Of a stretch of 64,000 nt of DNA, positions 1 through 13,186 are shown piece after piece. The translations under genes and the position numbers were made by a program. Source of the stretch: Camelus dromedarius (Eukaryota); contig NC_087436.1 in the NCBI RefSeq assembly GCF_036321535.1, positions 58,592,001 to 58,656,000 of the forward strand, given 5' to 3'. The notes beneath the pieces were generated by a model, which did not search any database, was not told the origin of the DNA, and saw only the letters and a program-made list of their open reading frames with translations. The stretch's first letter is position 1. Every line of letters starts with the position of its first letter.

Positions 1-274
1 GACAATATGTGACATACCAATATATAAGATATTGCAAATTATATTCCATATAGACACTGATGGATTAATAATCATTATTGGTCATTATTTCTAATGTGAC
101 TTTTAGAGAATCCAATGGTTCTTGACATTAAATTACATGAATTTTTGTAAATTTGTAAATTCACAAATTATTTGAATATTTATTTGATTAACAGTAAGGA
201 AAACACAATTTGCTAGTAAGGAGAATGTTATTTGCTAGGATCAAAACTGAATCCAAAAATTTCTGGTTTGACTT

Positions 275-470
275 TTTTCATTCAACAAATTTTATTAGGA
301 TGTTTATTTTATCCCAGGTACTGTTCTCGGCACCAGGAAAGGTGTGGTTAAAAAGACACAAATTCCTAACATCGTGGAACTTTTATATTAGTGAGAAAAA
401 GAGACAATATACAAGATAAAAATATAGAGAGTATATCATAAGATAATAAGAAGGATAAAAAATAAAGCAG
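275..470 (-). mobile_element. L2 LINE 3' end fragment
   Basis: ttcattcaacaaattttattagg...ccaggtactgttctcggcaccagg is the reverse complement of the typical L2 3' terminus; very diverged. Confidence 0.6.
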
Positions 471-869
471 CAATACATAAAAATTCTCTCATGTTGAATA
501 AAATCTACAACTCTCCAGATTCCCTTCATTAATCCTAGTTTTTCCCTGTAGAGGCCAACAGAAGAAAAAAATCTAATTTTTCTGTAACATAATAGCTTTT
601 GAATTTTGTTAACTCACCTACCACATCCTACCAGAAATTTTTCTTATTTAAAATAAAATACACAGAGTCAAACTGCATTAAATGCACATGATATGAAGTT
701 ATTTTGTCTATTCTCCTCTGGACTTGATCCATTCTACTATTATCCCTCTGCAACTATGGCCAGACCTAAAAACAGCCACCAGTTGTGGCCAGATCAAGCC
801 AGAGTCATCTTTTTCACTCTTTCTAACAGACTCCTGTAGTTTTACAACCTACTGATAACAACAAGTATT

Positions 870-1070
870 CTAATAGATTAGGGACTAAAGATCTGTTCTG
901 ACACTTATTTGCTTAATGTTATGGGACAGGTTATTTTCATTTATTTAATTTTCTTTATTGGTATACTATGTATAGTACTTATGATCTCATTATTTTGTTG
1001 CTGAAGATAAATTACAAGAGTATATAAAAGCCCAAGGTACATATGTATTACACACTCAACTAACGTTAGT
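870..1070 (+). mobile_element. MIR SINE, degenerate
   Basis: MIR-core-like motifs (tctgttctgacacttattt...gggacaggttattt...atagtacttatgatctcat...gaagataaatta). Confidence 0.45.
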
Positions 1071-1129
1071 TTATCTCTCCCTCCCACACTGAGTTCAGAG
1101 TCAAGTTAAACATGCATGCTGTAGTCAAA

Positions 1130-1575
1130 TAAAATGTGTCCTTTTCTGTAATTGTGCACTTGTTTTTACTGATGTTAATTTTTTAAGGTTTTAGAGTTAA
1201 CTCTGTTAAACATCTGACAATCTCCGTCTAATATTTCAGTTTTTCCCAGTTTCTTGGAAATTCTATTTTGTAATTCAACATATTAAACACATTTAATATT
1301 CTTTCCAGCTTCATAGCACCTGCAAGTCTGAGAAATACTGTTTCCAAAATTCTTATCTAACTTAATGAAATTTTAGAATATGACAGAGTCAAGGATGGAG
1401 TCCTAAGACAAACCTTCCAATTACTACTAATCCATAACTCAGGGTTATCTGAATATGATCTTTCAACCAATTATAATCCTGCCTGGCTCTATCATCAGTC
1501 AATATTTTTCCATCTTGCCAACAGGGACATTAAAAGACACCTTTGAAACATCTTATTGAAATCTAGACATGTTAA
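1130..1575 (-). mobile_element. CR1/L3 LINE reverse-transcriptase fragment
   Basis: Minus strand gives broken peptides resembling CR1 RT motifs: LDFNK (cf. YLDFSKAFD), GKMEKY, YNWLKD, GLHP/DSVIF (cf. QGSVLGPVLFNIFI), with many stops and frameshifts. Confidence 0.6.
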
Positions 1576-2435
1576 CTCTACATCTTTTCCCTTACAGTAT
1601 ATCTGAAGGACATTCTAATCATAAAGACTGTAGTACCTACTTGAGATAATCATGACATTCATAGCAATCCACTAAAATGGAAGTAGGTTCTATTAGGTAT
1701 TAAAACAAGTTCTTATAAACAGTGAAGCTGAACATGACACCATTTTAACAGTTAGTTCTCAAGGTTATTACCCTCCAGAGAAGACAGCCACATGAACTTT
1801 CCATGAAGGGAATCATATTCATGTCATATCAGAATCACTAAGTTTCTTTTAGATAAAGGAAAATAATTTAAAAAACATTTTATAAAGTTTTTAAATTTGC
1901 AAACTTCATGCTATTCCTTTCCCATCCCTCTGCTATGTATGAGAAGTACAGTAAAACCAAGTAAGTGATCACTTTTAATAAACCATAATTTCTATGTAAC
2001 GCTGTCAAACACTGGTGGCCATAACACGGTATTGCGGAAGTTATTTTTACAGATAAGCATTTCACTAATTGCCTAGTACAGAACTTCAAGCTTTTACATA
2101 TCAACATTATAGTATTAAATAGTCTGCTACAAAAATTGTTATGTATGCATATCTATTTGAAAACTATTGGGTTAAACAGAATTAAGGGTCAGTTTCCATT
2201 ATCTTGATGCTACTGAGGATATATGCTAACATACACTGTGATCCCATAAAGAGAGATGTAGTATGTTAATATTCCACATGCCACTGACCACAAAACCTAT
2301 TTATCTTACAGTACTTACTAACTTTCCTAATTTTATCTCTATAATAGTGAGACTAGATAATAGTATTTTAACAACAATAATGTATAATAGGAAGTCAGCT
2401 CTGATGTCGGGGTTCAAGAGACAGGCCTGTCCCAT

Positions 2436-2436
2436 A

Positions 2437-2474
<38 letters not shown>
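2436..2474. repeat. (CA)n microsatellite
   Basis: About 19 CA units with one interruption. Confidence 0.95.
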
Positions 2475-2477
<3 letters not shown>

Positions 2478-5400
2478 ATAGAATACAATAAACCAAGAAT
2501 TGAATTAAATATCTGTGTGTGAAAGGAGCTTCATGGGGATAGAATGCTCGATGTTTAATGGTCACTGATGGAGTACCGTATACCTAGGATTGCTCAACAG
2601 GAACAAGACTTGGAGAGCAACGCAGGATCCCAGTGATGATGAAATGAGTCTTAGAGCTAGGGTGGTTACTGCTCAATCTACCCAATACGTGGCATGTTGA
2701 TTTAGATTGTACTTTCCCCCTTCCTCAGGATGAGGAATGATATTGATCTTCAGAAGATAGTCACTTGGAAGTATGAAAGTCAGAGACAATATAAAAGAGA
2801 TTGTTGCTGACTAGAGAGAGACCCAAGGATATTACTGTAACTATAGTATTGGGAATACTATTGAGACATCAGGAAAATGCTAAAACTGCATGCAGGATAC
2901 TGAGAAAATATGAAATCAAAGAATTCAAAGGTTTCTTATGATTTTCAATACAGCCAATGACCTAAATAGCCAGAACTCTTCCATCTACATAAAACTGTCC
3001 TCTTTTTTTCTGACAGCAGTATCAACAATTGCCCTCAGCAAAATGATCTGGGGGAAGATTGATCTCTTTTAGGGTTTTCTGGCAGAAGATGAGCAAACAA
3101 TCTTTTTAAGCAGCAGGCAGTGCTGGTAGGAACCTCATAATACCTATTCCAAAAACAATAAAGCTTTTTAAATCAAATAAAATATTGGAAGATGTATTGT
3201 CTTTTGTTCATTGTATGTTTTAACTTCAGCAAATTTGTTTCATAAAGGAAGGAAAATGTTGAGATTTTGAATTAGTGGAGAGAAATTTTATTTACACCAC
3301 AGACTTTAGAACATCTTAGAGAAAATGTAAAAATAGGTCCCTTCTAACCTGAGAAAGTTCTTAAAATGCGTAACCTATTACTTCCGTGTTCCGGTAATTT
3401 CTCCTGCATTTTTACTAAAATAATACCCACTACAGGTAGCTTTCCAGGGCCACTTATATTTCCAGCCTTCTTTCTCCCCACTAAGTGCACCCTTATTAAT
3501 GTTTCTGCATCTGGGGCACAGGTACCACAACATGGCACACTCTCCTACTTACCTTGGTCTAATTGTCTAGTCAGCCAGGAAATGTCAAGGGAGATAATCT
3601 TCAACAAACATTCCTCTCTTCTGTTCATTGAGGGACACACTGGGAGGCACCATCAAGGCTTATAAAAATATACTTCACAGAGTATCTCATTCTCCACATA
3701 CCTTGCCTACTTTTCTGTCATGCATACTTGTTTTTACTGTCTTGTCTTTTAATAGTATCTCCTATACAGAATAAAGAAGTACAAATATAATTTGGGTACA
3801 TAAGAAGGAAGAAGAAAAAGATCAGAATTTACCATTTCTGGATATTTCTAGATATCATCCCTCAATCGCTATTATACTTCTTTATTCCTAGAGTTGAGTT
3901 ATAACTAGGACAGTGAGAAACATCCTTATTTTACTATCTAAAGTTACACATGGTTTGTATTAATATAACTGACATCAGAAGTATACATAGATAAATTACT
4001 ATTAACTATTCAGTTAAACTAACAGCCCTCAGGTCAGTAATAGTGAACACTGAAATTATTATATTCCACCAAGAATGTCTGCTCTGTTAGGTTTTGTTAA
4101 GCATATTACATATACAATTGAGAAATAAGCACAGATAGGTATCTTCCAATTTACATTATCAGCAGTATCAAATTAATGATTGACACATATAGTGTGAATC
4201 ATTTTATACATCAATCACATTGCTAAACATGAAACCAAATATCTGGAGTTAATTAACTCTTCTAGTCCTCCACAGCTTTGGCTGATTTTTCTTCCCTGGT
4301 TCCTAGAAATCAGTCATAATATTTCTGTATAAATTCAAAATTATTCAATAAATAATGTATTTATTGAAATAGCAGTTATATATAAGCCATTGACATATGT
4401 TTTAACATATGCAATGGCTTTATTTAATAATAAATATCTTTTGCTTTTTAATATTTTGTTTATACTACTACCTGATTTTTCCTCAGACTTTTTATCTTTT
4501 TCCTGCCAGCAATGCTAAAGTACATAGCATGAAATTAATTCCCATTTATTTCAATAATATATCTTTGTCTTTACTTTGCCACTACTGCAATGGAGAGTGT
4601 TGATAGACTAATTTTTACTTCCCATACATTAGGACTTTAAAATTAATATTACAATTCTTGTTTTCCCTTAAGGAATACAGTGTAGAATACATGGTACTTA
4701 TCACTTTAATGATCACATTAGCAATGTCCTCAGTAACAGTATACTGAGTGTGAATATAGAATATGCATCCCTGATAAAATCTGGTTTATAGATCAAAAGG
4801 AAATCATGACAAAGTAGCAAAATGATACATGTGCTTCCTAGTCAGGTTGAAACACTTTATAAGTAACAACAACAAAAAGATGTAGACGTTACCATTTTGA
4901 AGACAACTCAATATCATTACAGAATTTTACCTTGAGGGTGTCATTGAACAGAATGTCATACAAAATACTACCACATAAAAATGAATTTTGTTAGATCACA
5001 AAGCAAACCCTTCATCATCTGTGGTGAGGGGGACAACATCTCATAAAGGGCATATTTTATCTATTTAAATATTAAAGGATTTATTTCAAGGGAAAATTAG
5101 CTATACATTTCAAAAATGTAAATATATATATTCTTTCACAAACACAAATTATTTTATTTTTATATTTAACTCCAGAGAACTTAAAGTCTTTCAAATTGAA
5201 AACAAAAGACATACAAAAAGTAGGACTATATTTACACAAATATTTGTGTAGTCTAATTTATTTATTCTTAAACCAATTTATATGTAGAAATCTATGCAGG
5301 GGCTCTACATACTGCCAAATGCCAAACTTTTGAAATTCAAAACGAGTAATATTAATTTTGTTTTTAAAATGCAGCTGCAAAAAACCTTGCAGGAAAGAGC

Positions 5401-7431
5401 TATGTATTTTATGAATATTCCTGTTTTAAGGATTGCACATTTTACCTTCAGAGTTTCTATAACATCAATATGCCTGCAACACTACAGGTAATGGGAGGGG
5501 GAAAGTGCTTTTATTTCCTTATCTTAGACTATGTAAGAATGTCTCCATTCTTTGTAATTCCAACTGATACTCTTATGTTGCCACAAATAAAATATCTAAT
5601 GTAAAAATTAAATAGATCATTACATATTTTTCAAATTAAAGAAATACAAAACAAATACTGACAATTCATAGAAACTACTTAAATATATGTTTAGTCACAC
5701 AGTCATTTCAAAAGTGGGCAAAATCTTGAATTATAATGAAAGAGATATGTGATACCAAAGGGCAGCCCAAATGTTTGTCCTGAATGTTTATGAAAACAAA
5801 TCAAATCATAACTGTCAACATTTATGGTGTGAAGGCCAAAATGACTATTTTACAACACTAGATATTCTAAAATATGACTTTTGAGCCGGTCTATTTTTCA
5901 GCAGATATATTTCCATATTTTATAAGACAAATTATATATGAATCACCTAACATTTCCCAAGATATAAGGAAACATCATTACAGTAAGAAGCCTATGGTGC
6001 ATGATGGTAACCCAGGCTTCTCTCACAGCTCCAGGTCCAAAAGCATTACCATTTTGGACAGCTTCCAAGGCCATTCCTAGAATGCCTTGAATGTATCATG
6101 AATCTCTGCAGATATCATTGAAAACTCAAGAGTTTTGTGGGGTTTTTTTACTGCTTTACAGAATGAAACAACCTCTAGCTTGAAGAATCTTCTTATTTTT
6201 CTACCAGAAGTTTTAATAATACCAGACCAAATATTTGTACGTACACACATAGGCAGGTACACTCCTCCTACTGTTAATGTGTATGACATAAGCTATATGA
6301 GTAGGATAGAAATCCAGGATCACTGACTGGCTTACAGGATGGAGAACCATGTTTTCACTATACTCCACATAAATCCCTCAAGGGCTGAGGGGATAATGAG
6401 CCTGCTTTGTCTGAGGTACTCCTCTGTGCACTAACGGTACAGCAGTAAACAAAAGTGACAAAAATCCACAAAAGTTCTGAAAAAGTTGCATTCAAGTTGA
6501 GAATGTTTACTCTATAGCCACTTTACAAAAACACCTTCTTTCCAACCAGAATATCTTTCTTTATCCTTCTTTATGCTTAGGATAATACTCTGATTTAAAG
6601 AAAGGGTTCAGCAACTAAATAAATAACTTAGAGACCATTGTACTAAGATATCATTAAGATATAAAGATGTATTACATTTTTGAGGAAAGAATGGATATAA
6701 ATTTCGTTAACTTTAACAGCTACAAGGGATAATTTGTAGGTTAAAAGTGTAACTAAATATCATGGAAATATTCCTGATGTTAAGCAGATACATTATCTGG
6801 AAGCAAACTAATAGATAACAGTTAAATTTTATATATCCATTTTATAGTGAGGCTTCAAATAACTTGGGTATTAAGTCAAGCATCATTAAAAGGAGGTAGG
6901 GGAAGAGGGGAGGAAGGGGAAGAAGAGGAGAAAAAAAAGAAGAAAAGGGAAAATAAAGGAAATACACAAAATAAAGACCAAGTCTTGGATCAGTACAACT
7001 AAAAGGGTCAGAAAAACAGCCTATTTTTTGAATAGCGGGAGAATTAATCACTTTATATTTTAATCATTTTAAGGGGCTTTCTTTGCATTTTCTCTTGGGG
7101 TAAATTTCAAACCCCTTTAGGAATAAGTGAAAAACAAAAGGCTGGATTAGGATGTTTCTTACAGTACAGGTAAGGTAGATTTGGGCTCAGAGGAAAATTT
7201 TAACATCTCCTACCTTTTGCCCTTTGAGCTTTGATACTAAGCTTATTGATTAGTTTTGATTTGTAAAGAAACTATAATATGTAAAAACTCAGAATTTCAA
7301 TATACCATTTTCAAAATCTGCCATTTGATTTATTAGAAAGAATTTGTTCTAGGACTATCTAACAATGTTCATTTCTATCTCCCACAATGGCCAAAACACA
7401 CGTCTAACTAAATGAAATGACTTTCTAGAAG

Positions 7432-7507
7432 AATTCAACAGTGCTTTTACACATGTACATTAAAAAAAAAAATTCAACAGTGCTTTTACACATGTACATT
7501 AAAAAAA
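7432..7507. repeat. Perfect tandem duplication, 39-bp period
   Basis: aattcaacagtgcttttacacatgtacatt plus an A-run occurs twice head-to-tail (7432-7470, 7471-7507). Confidence 0.95.
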
Positions 7508-9002
7508 TATTCATTTATATATATAAACACACACATAGATGTATATATGCACATTTGCACACTTTACTGGGAAAATAAAAACAAAAAATAAAGTTCAATC
7601 TTTTTTAAATTTGATAGTTAACTTATTTTAGACATATGTATTTCAGTTCTTCACAAATATATGCAATCAATGAATTGCAAAGAACTTTGTTCTTAATAAT
7701 ATGCTTTTAATTTCCAATAGCGTATACTCATACTGATGCATATTTTAAGTGCACATTTACTGATTTTACACCACACATCTAAATCTTTTTAACTGTTCTT
7801 TTTAATTAAAATCACAAATATGAAGAAGGTAAAAAAAATCAATTGGATCTATTAATGGCTAAACCTAATACATTCAAAAAGCCTACTATAGTATTGGTTC
7901 AAAACTTTCCTTCCTCCTCTCCTTCTAGCCTGCTGTTGCCATGCAGCTATCTAGCCAACACACTCTCACTCCCTTTTGTATGGGTGTTATGCTGTTGCCA
8001 TGGATATAGCTATCACTATTTTTTTTCAGCTCTTCTTTTAAAATATGGTATTTTCTCCGACCTCAGGAGAACATGTAATGTCATGGACTCAATATAGTCA
8101 CTTAACAGAATACAAAATTTACATTAAATTCTAGATCTCTAACATTGTTTCAATCTTAGCATAGCCATAAATATATTCAAAATCTAGTACGTGGAAACAC
8201 CTAGTACATTTTTAGTACTAGTGGAAAGCCCACTGACAAAAATTACCTACACCCAAAAATCCATTTTAAAAATTATATTTCAACTATGTAGGAAAAGACT
8301 AATAAAATATCTGACAAAATATTAATAAACAAATTTCCAGCCTGTAGGCACCTGATCTTCATTGTCTTTATTATTTCTTATGGTTGTCTAAGGATGAAAA
8401 TTAAGTATGATGCTGAATGGTCACTGGCAAAATTAAAACCACAGAGTATATCAAGACCACACGCATAAGAGAAAATGAATCTTTACACTAACTGACAAAT
8501 GCTCCAGAGTTCAATTCAAATTTCAGAATCATTTCACTGATATTCCACGGTCAAATTTTTCACACGTTGTAATTAAGTCTACAGCACTTCCTTATGATTG
8601 TGATTCTTTATGAATTCCCTTTAAAGAATGCATTAGAATAAAGAAACTTGAACATTGTGGTGATAATGTGTCTTGCCCAAATGAATTAACTGATATGGGT
8701 ACAGAATTGAACAAGCAACATTACCATGATGAAGTCCCAGCACCTTCCAGATTACTGGCATTGCAGGGGCAAACAAAACAATACAAACAAACAAACAAAC
8801 AAATCTCTTTTATATGACCATATACTTGACACAATAGTATTACTCAGTTGCCAATCTACCTTCCAGGTATCAAGAAAAAGCTGTTATCATTCAGTGACAA
8901 TACATCACCACTACAAGGAAAAACATCCAAACCACTGGGTAGCCTACTTGTCCTCCCATACAAAGTGCATACTAGAAGTATGATATAGAGCTGATATAGA
9001 AT

Positions 9003-9240
9003 AGAGATGGCGTAGAATATTGGTTGAAAGTATAGATTCTGGAGCCAGACTACTGGGTTTATATCTTGGCTCAGCTGCTCAGTCACTGGGTAACCTTAGG
9101 TGAATTCATCAACTATTCATGCCTCAGCTTTCTCATCTGTATGTGGAGAAATAATAGTTGCCAATCTCATTAGGTCATTTTTGAGGATTAAATTACACTG
9201 TACATATAAAGCCTTTAGAATAGTGCCTAGAACCTAGTAA
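9003..9240 (+). mobile_element. MIR SINE, near full length
   Basis: ggttgaaagtatagattctggagccagactactgggttt...accttaggtgaatt...gcctcagctttctcatctgta...gaggattaaatta...cttagaatagtgcctag-like end match the MIR layout. Confidence 0.85.
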
Positions 9241-12059
9241 ATCAAGTCATACTGTACAATGCACTAGGTTAATATTGGAGGAAAAAAGGGGGCTTTCTGA
9301 TTATAAATTAACGATTATCAAAAATTTCCTATTTTTGATGTTGCAAAACAACATTTATTGATTATTGCGAGTTTACAGATGAGGTATAATGCAACATCTA
9401 CCATTTTATAGTCATATAATTGAATTCTTTGAAATGCTTGCTGAAAGAGCTGATTTTTAGGTAAACCAACTGTACCCTGAAGAATGAACTCTGCTATAAG
9501 CCAGAATGACTATATCATGATTCCACATTTTGATTCAGTTTGTAAATTTTACATCCTGAAACACAAAATAAAAATAAAAGATTTTGCACCAAAAACTAGA
9601 TTTTATTAAAGTATATTCCAAAATACTCAAGGCTACTAAAAATATACAGAAGCCAACAAAATACTCTTAAAATAGATGAGAAAATTGGACAAAGATGAAG
9701 CCAAATCAAATATTCAGAGGTAGGCTGGAAGAGGAAAGAAACTTTTTGTATTACGAATACCTGATATAATTTAATCTTCACAAAAGCTCTGTGATACAAA
9801 ATCCACACATTAGAAGCTGAGGCTCACAAAGGCTAAAGATTTGTCCTTTTGTAAGCTAGTAAATAATTTCTTCAAATAATAAGTATGCTGAGATTAAATA
9901 ATTTTTTCATTTAGAATTAAAATGCTATGTTTGAGTACATGTTATCTTTCTCCTAATCTGTATATTTTGCAATAATATCATTACATAGAAAACAATCAAC
10001 ATTTACCCACAAGAATCTACTATGTGTAAGATAAAGGGCTGAGCAAGATACTAAAAAAAAAAAAAAAAAGGAAAAAACACATTCCAAATGTCAGTGTTAG
10101 CTCTGCTTCGCTGATACTAACAAAGGGAGGGCAGATTACACCACATTTAAGATCAACACTTTTGAATCTATACTGTAGATGATAGTTTTTCACATAATTA
10201 GAACATTTTTAATCTATTTGACAAGTGTGCTTACTACAAACAATATTTTCTTCTCCAAAGCAATAAGTACAGAATTACTATTTGTACAGTTTGGGACGGC
10301 TTAAAAGATAATTTAAGACCTGTATATAATTAAAGACACTAAATAAATTAAATGTTATTAGATGCCTGTAAGGCTATTAAAATAAGCTCTAGAAATCTTT
10401 TCAACCTTTTCCCGACAGGATGATCAGTTTTCAACACTGAAAGGACAGAAAGTAGTATTACAGAAGGCCTCATGCACTGACCATACCTGGGAAATTCCAG
10501 TATCTCTCCTGGGGACTTCCTTGTTTAGCCTTTTATCATTCTCAGAGCCAATAACAACCATATTATAAGTGATCGTAGTTTTTCTTCTTGTAAAACAATA
10601 CATTATACAATGTACTGCCCAACTCCACTATATCCCCCTGTTATTAAAAGATTTAATAACTAAAATTTAACAAGTAAACAGAGGTATAATTTTTAACGAC
10701 TTTTTTTAAAAAATTGAAATATATGACATCTACGGACAAAACTTCAAAACATATAAACATTTTTGCCTTTTATTCTATTATTATTAGAATCTAACAGGAA
10801 GTTAGACTCTCTCCTTGTCTTCATATATTTTGCAGAGAATTTTAACAAAGTCCAACTCATGAAACAAAGCATCCAGACAGCTATTGGCATCATCTTGGAC
10901 TCCACATACTTTTTTGACTGAGACCCAAGAAAGATGGAGAGAATTGTGAACTTAAGGGAAATTATCAAATTAATGATTATTTTTAGCACATGATAAACAT
11001 ATCAATACTAACATTAATAACCATATTACTACTACTGTCAATACATGTTTATTTTATTTGAAAATTAAATTTAGTTGATATTTTACATGCTTTGTTATTC
11101 TGGTGGCAAATATTTTCTATAAAAATCAATACAGAATATAATTTTAGGCTGAATAGTTAATATAAATAGGTCTCAGATTAATTCCCCTTAGAAAAAAATT
11201 AAAATATTCATACTTCTTAAACTATAGGTAAATGAAGACAAAAAAGACATACTTTTTCAATTTTTTTTTAATTTTAGTCAAATGAAGACAAAATAGATTA
11301 AAGCACAAGTGGTTTGTTAACATAAAAATATATTTTATAACTAAGATTAGGAGAAATAAGGTAAATAGTAGCATTATCATACAGCAAGTAAAATTATGTT
11401 TTGTTTCATGTATATGATATCAATTAGGCATAAGGTACTCTATTTCCCAGCATCTTTACAATAAATTTAAATGATTTAATAATTGCCTAACTTGATATGA
11501 AGCATTTTATAAATTTTGAAAAATTTAATTTTTTCAAACCTGTAAAGAGTGAAAAACTCTAAGATTACTTATATACACTGAATTACATGGGTAAATTATA
11601 AATGTGTGTGTGTGTTTGTCCATATTTAGGATAAGAATAGTTGGCTTTATTCTAAAGACAGATTCCAAGTATATTTTTGACTTAATGGATACAGTAAATA
11701 TAAACAGTTGGAAATTTGGCAATAATCCGAACATTCAACATAATGTAAAAAAGAAAAGCTAAATGATGATTTGATTTTATTATGTCAAGGAAATACAAAA
11801 TGATGCACTATCATGAAGAAAATAATTCCTCAAATGGTAATATCAGCACTAAACCAACAGATTTTTCATACATACAAATATAGTAAGCCAGTCTTTTAAA
11901 ATATAATCACATATACAGTCTACAAATATTATAACAAATCTCTAAGATTAGTTTGAATCAATGTTTAATAGTTTAATATGTCTGATCTTTTGACAAAATT
12001 TAATCCACAAGGCTAGGGTGATTGCTTAAAATCTCCTTAAATTTTCATCTTCCTGATTA

Positions 12060-12170
12060 AATACATTACTTTGGGCAAGTCATTCAACTTCTCTAGGCCT
12101 CCTTTTTCTAGTACCTAGGGAAATGGTTTTTTAATGATCTCTAAAATCTCTTTCAATTCTAAAATTATAT
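12060..12170 (+). mobile_element. MIR/MIR3 fragment
   Basis: actttgggcaagtcattcaacttctctaggcctc...atgatctctaaaatctctttcaattctaaaatt. Confidence 0.6.
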
Positions 12171-12395
12171 GTTCTAAGACATTAAATGACAGAAATTACT
12201 AGATGTACTTTAGATATCTAAATAAAAGGACCATTGATCTCAAAAGAATACTACAAAATTCTACTAACCACATTATGTTGAAAGGTTGAACAGAACTTAG
12301 ATTATTCATAATCCAAAATAATTCTTACCCTTAGAAAATTATTTTAATATGCCTTCTTAAAAAGATGTCTGCTTTAATGCATTTAAAATGTGATT

Positions 12396-12458
12396 TATTA
12401 TGATGTACACCAGAGGTTGACACATTGTAACTGACAACACTTAAATTAAATATATATA
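12396..12458 (+). mobile_element. Very short 5'-truncated L1 (3' tail only) ending in (TA)n
   Basis: tatgatgtacaccagaggttgacacattgtaactgac matches the L1 3' termini at 19065-19110 and 15200-15250 (reverse complement). Confidence 0.75.
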
Positions 12459-13186
12459 TATATATGATTGAAATTATAGCAGTTTAATATGCATATAGCT
12501 TTTTAGAATCATAAATCAAACCACTTTATTTCAAACTTGAGGGAAATACAGACCTAAGAAGGTTAAAAATGTGGCCTAAGGCCACAAAATAGCAGCAGAC
12601 CTAGGAGAAATTTCTAGATTCTTTCCATTTCAGGCCCACCTAAAATTTACACTTCAAGTAAAATACTTTTGTAAACAGTGATTACAGGCTAGTCCTCTTT
12701 TGTTGTGACTGTTAAACGTATGTGAGTTTTACTAAGTGAGAAAGTGTATCCTAGAGACTGTGTTAAGTACAAATTAGCTCACTTAAATAAGAAATTTTGA
12801 GTAAGTCTACTGTTTTTCTTTCTTTTAGTTTTTTGCCACTACAAAAATGTTTCACTATTAGCAATTCCAGTAAAAGAATAGAGAAGTTAATGTTTTCTCT
12901 TAATAATTCTCATGTATAAAAATACAGCACAGCTAAAATTACAGAAAAGCATAGCATTCAAGTAATTTCAAAAACATTTTAAAGCAAACATTTTTATAAG
13001 AGAGGGTAAAAGTTAAACCTGAGAATATATTTCAAAAGGTTACCTATCTTCAATTGTCAAAATACACAGAGAAAAATATACAACTTGAAAGAAATTCAAT
13101 TGCATCAAAATATTCTTTTAAAAATGTATATTCCTCTTGAATTGTATTTGTGTGAAGTATGACAGAGTTGAGGAGACGTCAAACGA

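Noticed and set aside
5233..5250. 18-bp palindrome tacacaaatatttgtgta
   Set aside because: AT-rich, compatible with chance, and too short for a pre-miRNA.
10744..10989. Minus-strand ORF and alternative frame KKVCGVQDDANSCLDALFHELDFVKILCKIYEDKERV
   Set aside because: No recognisable homology and no convincing donor site.
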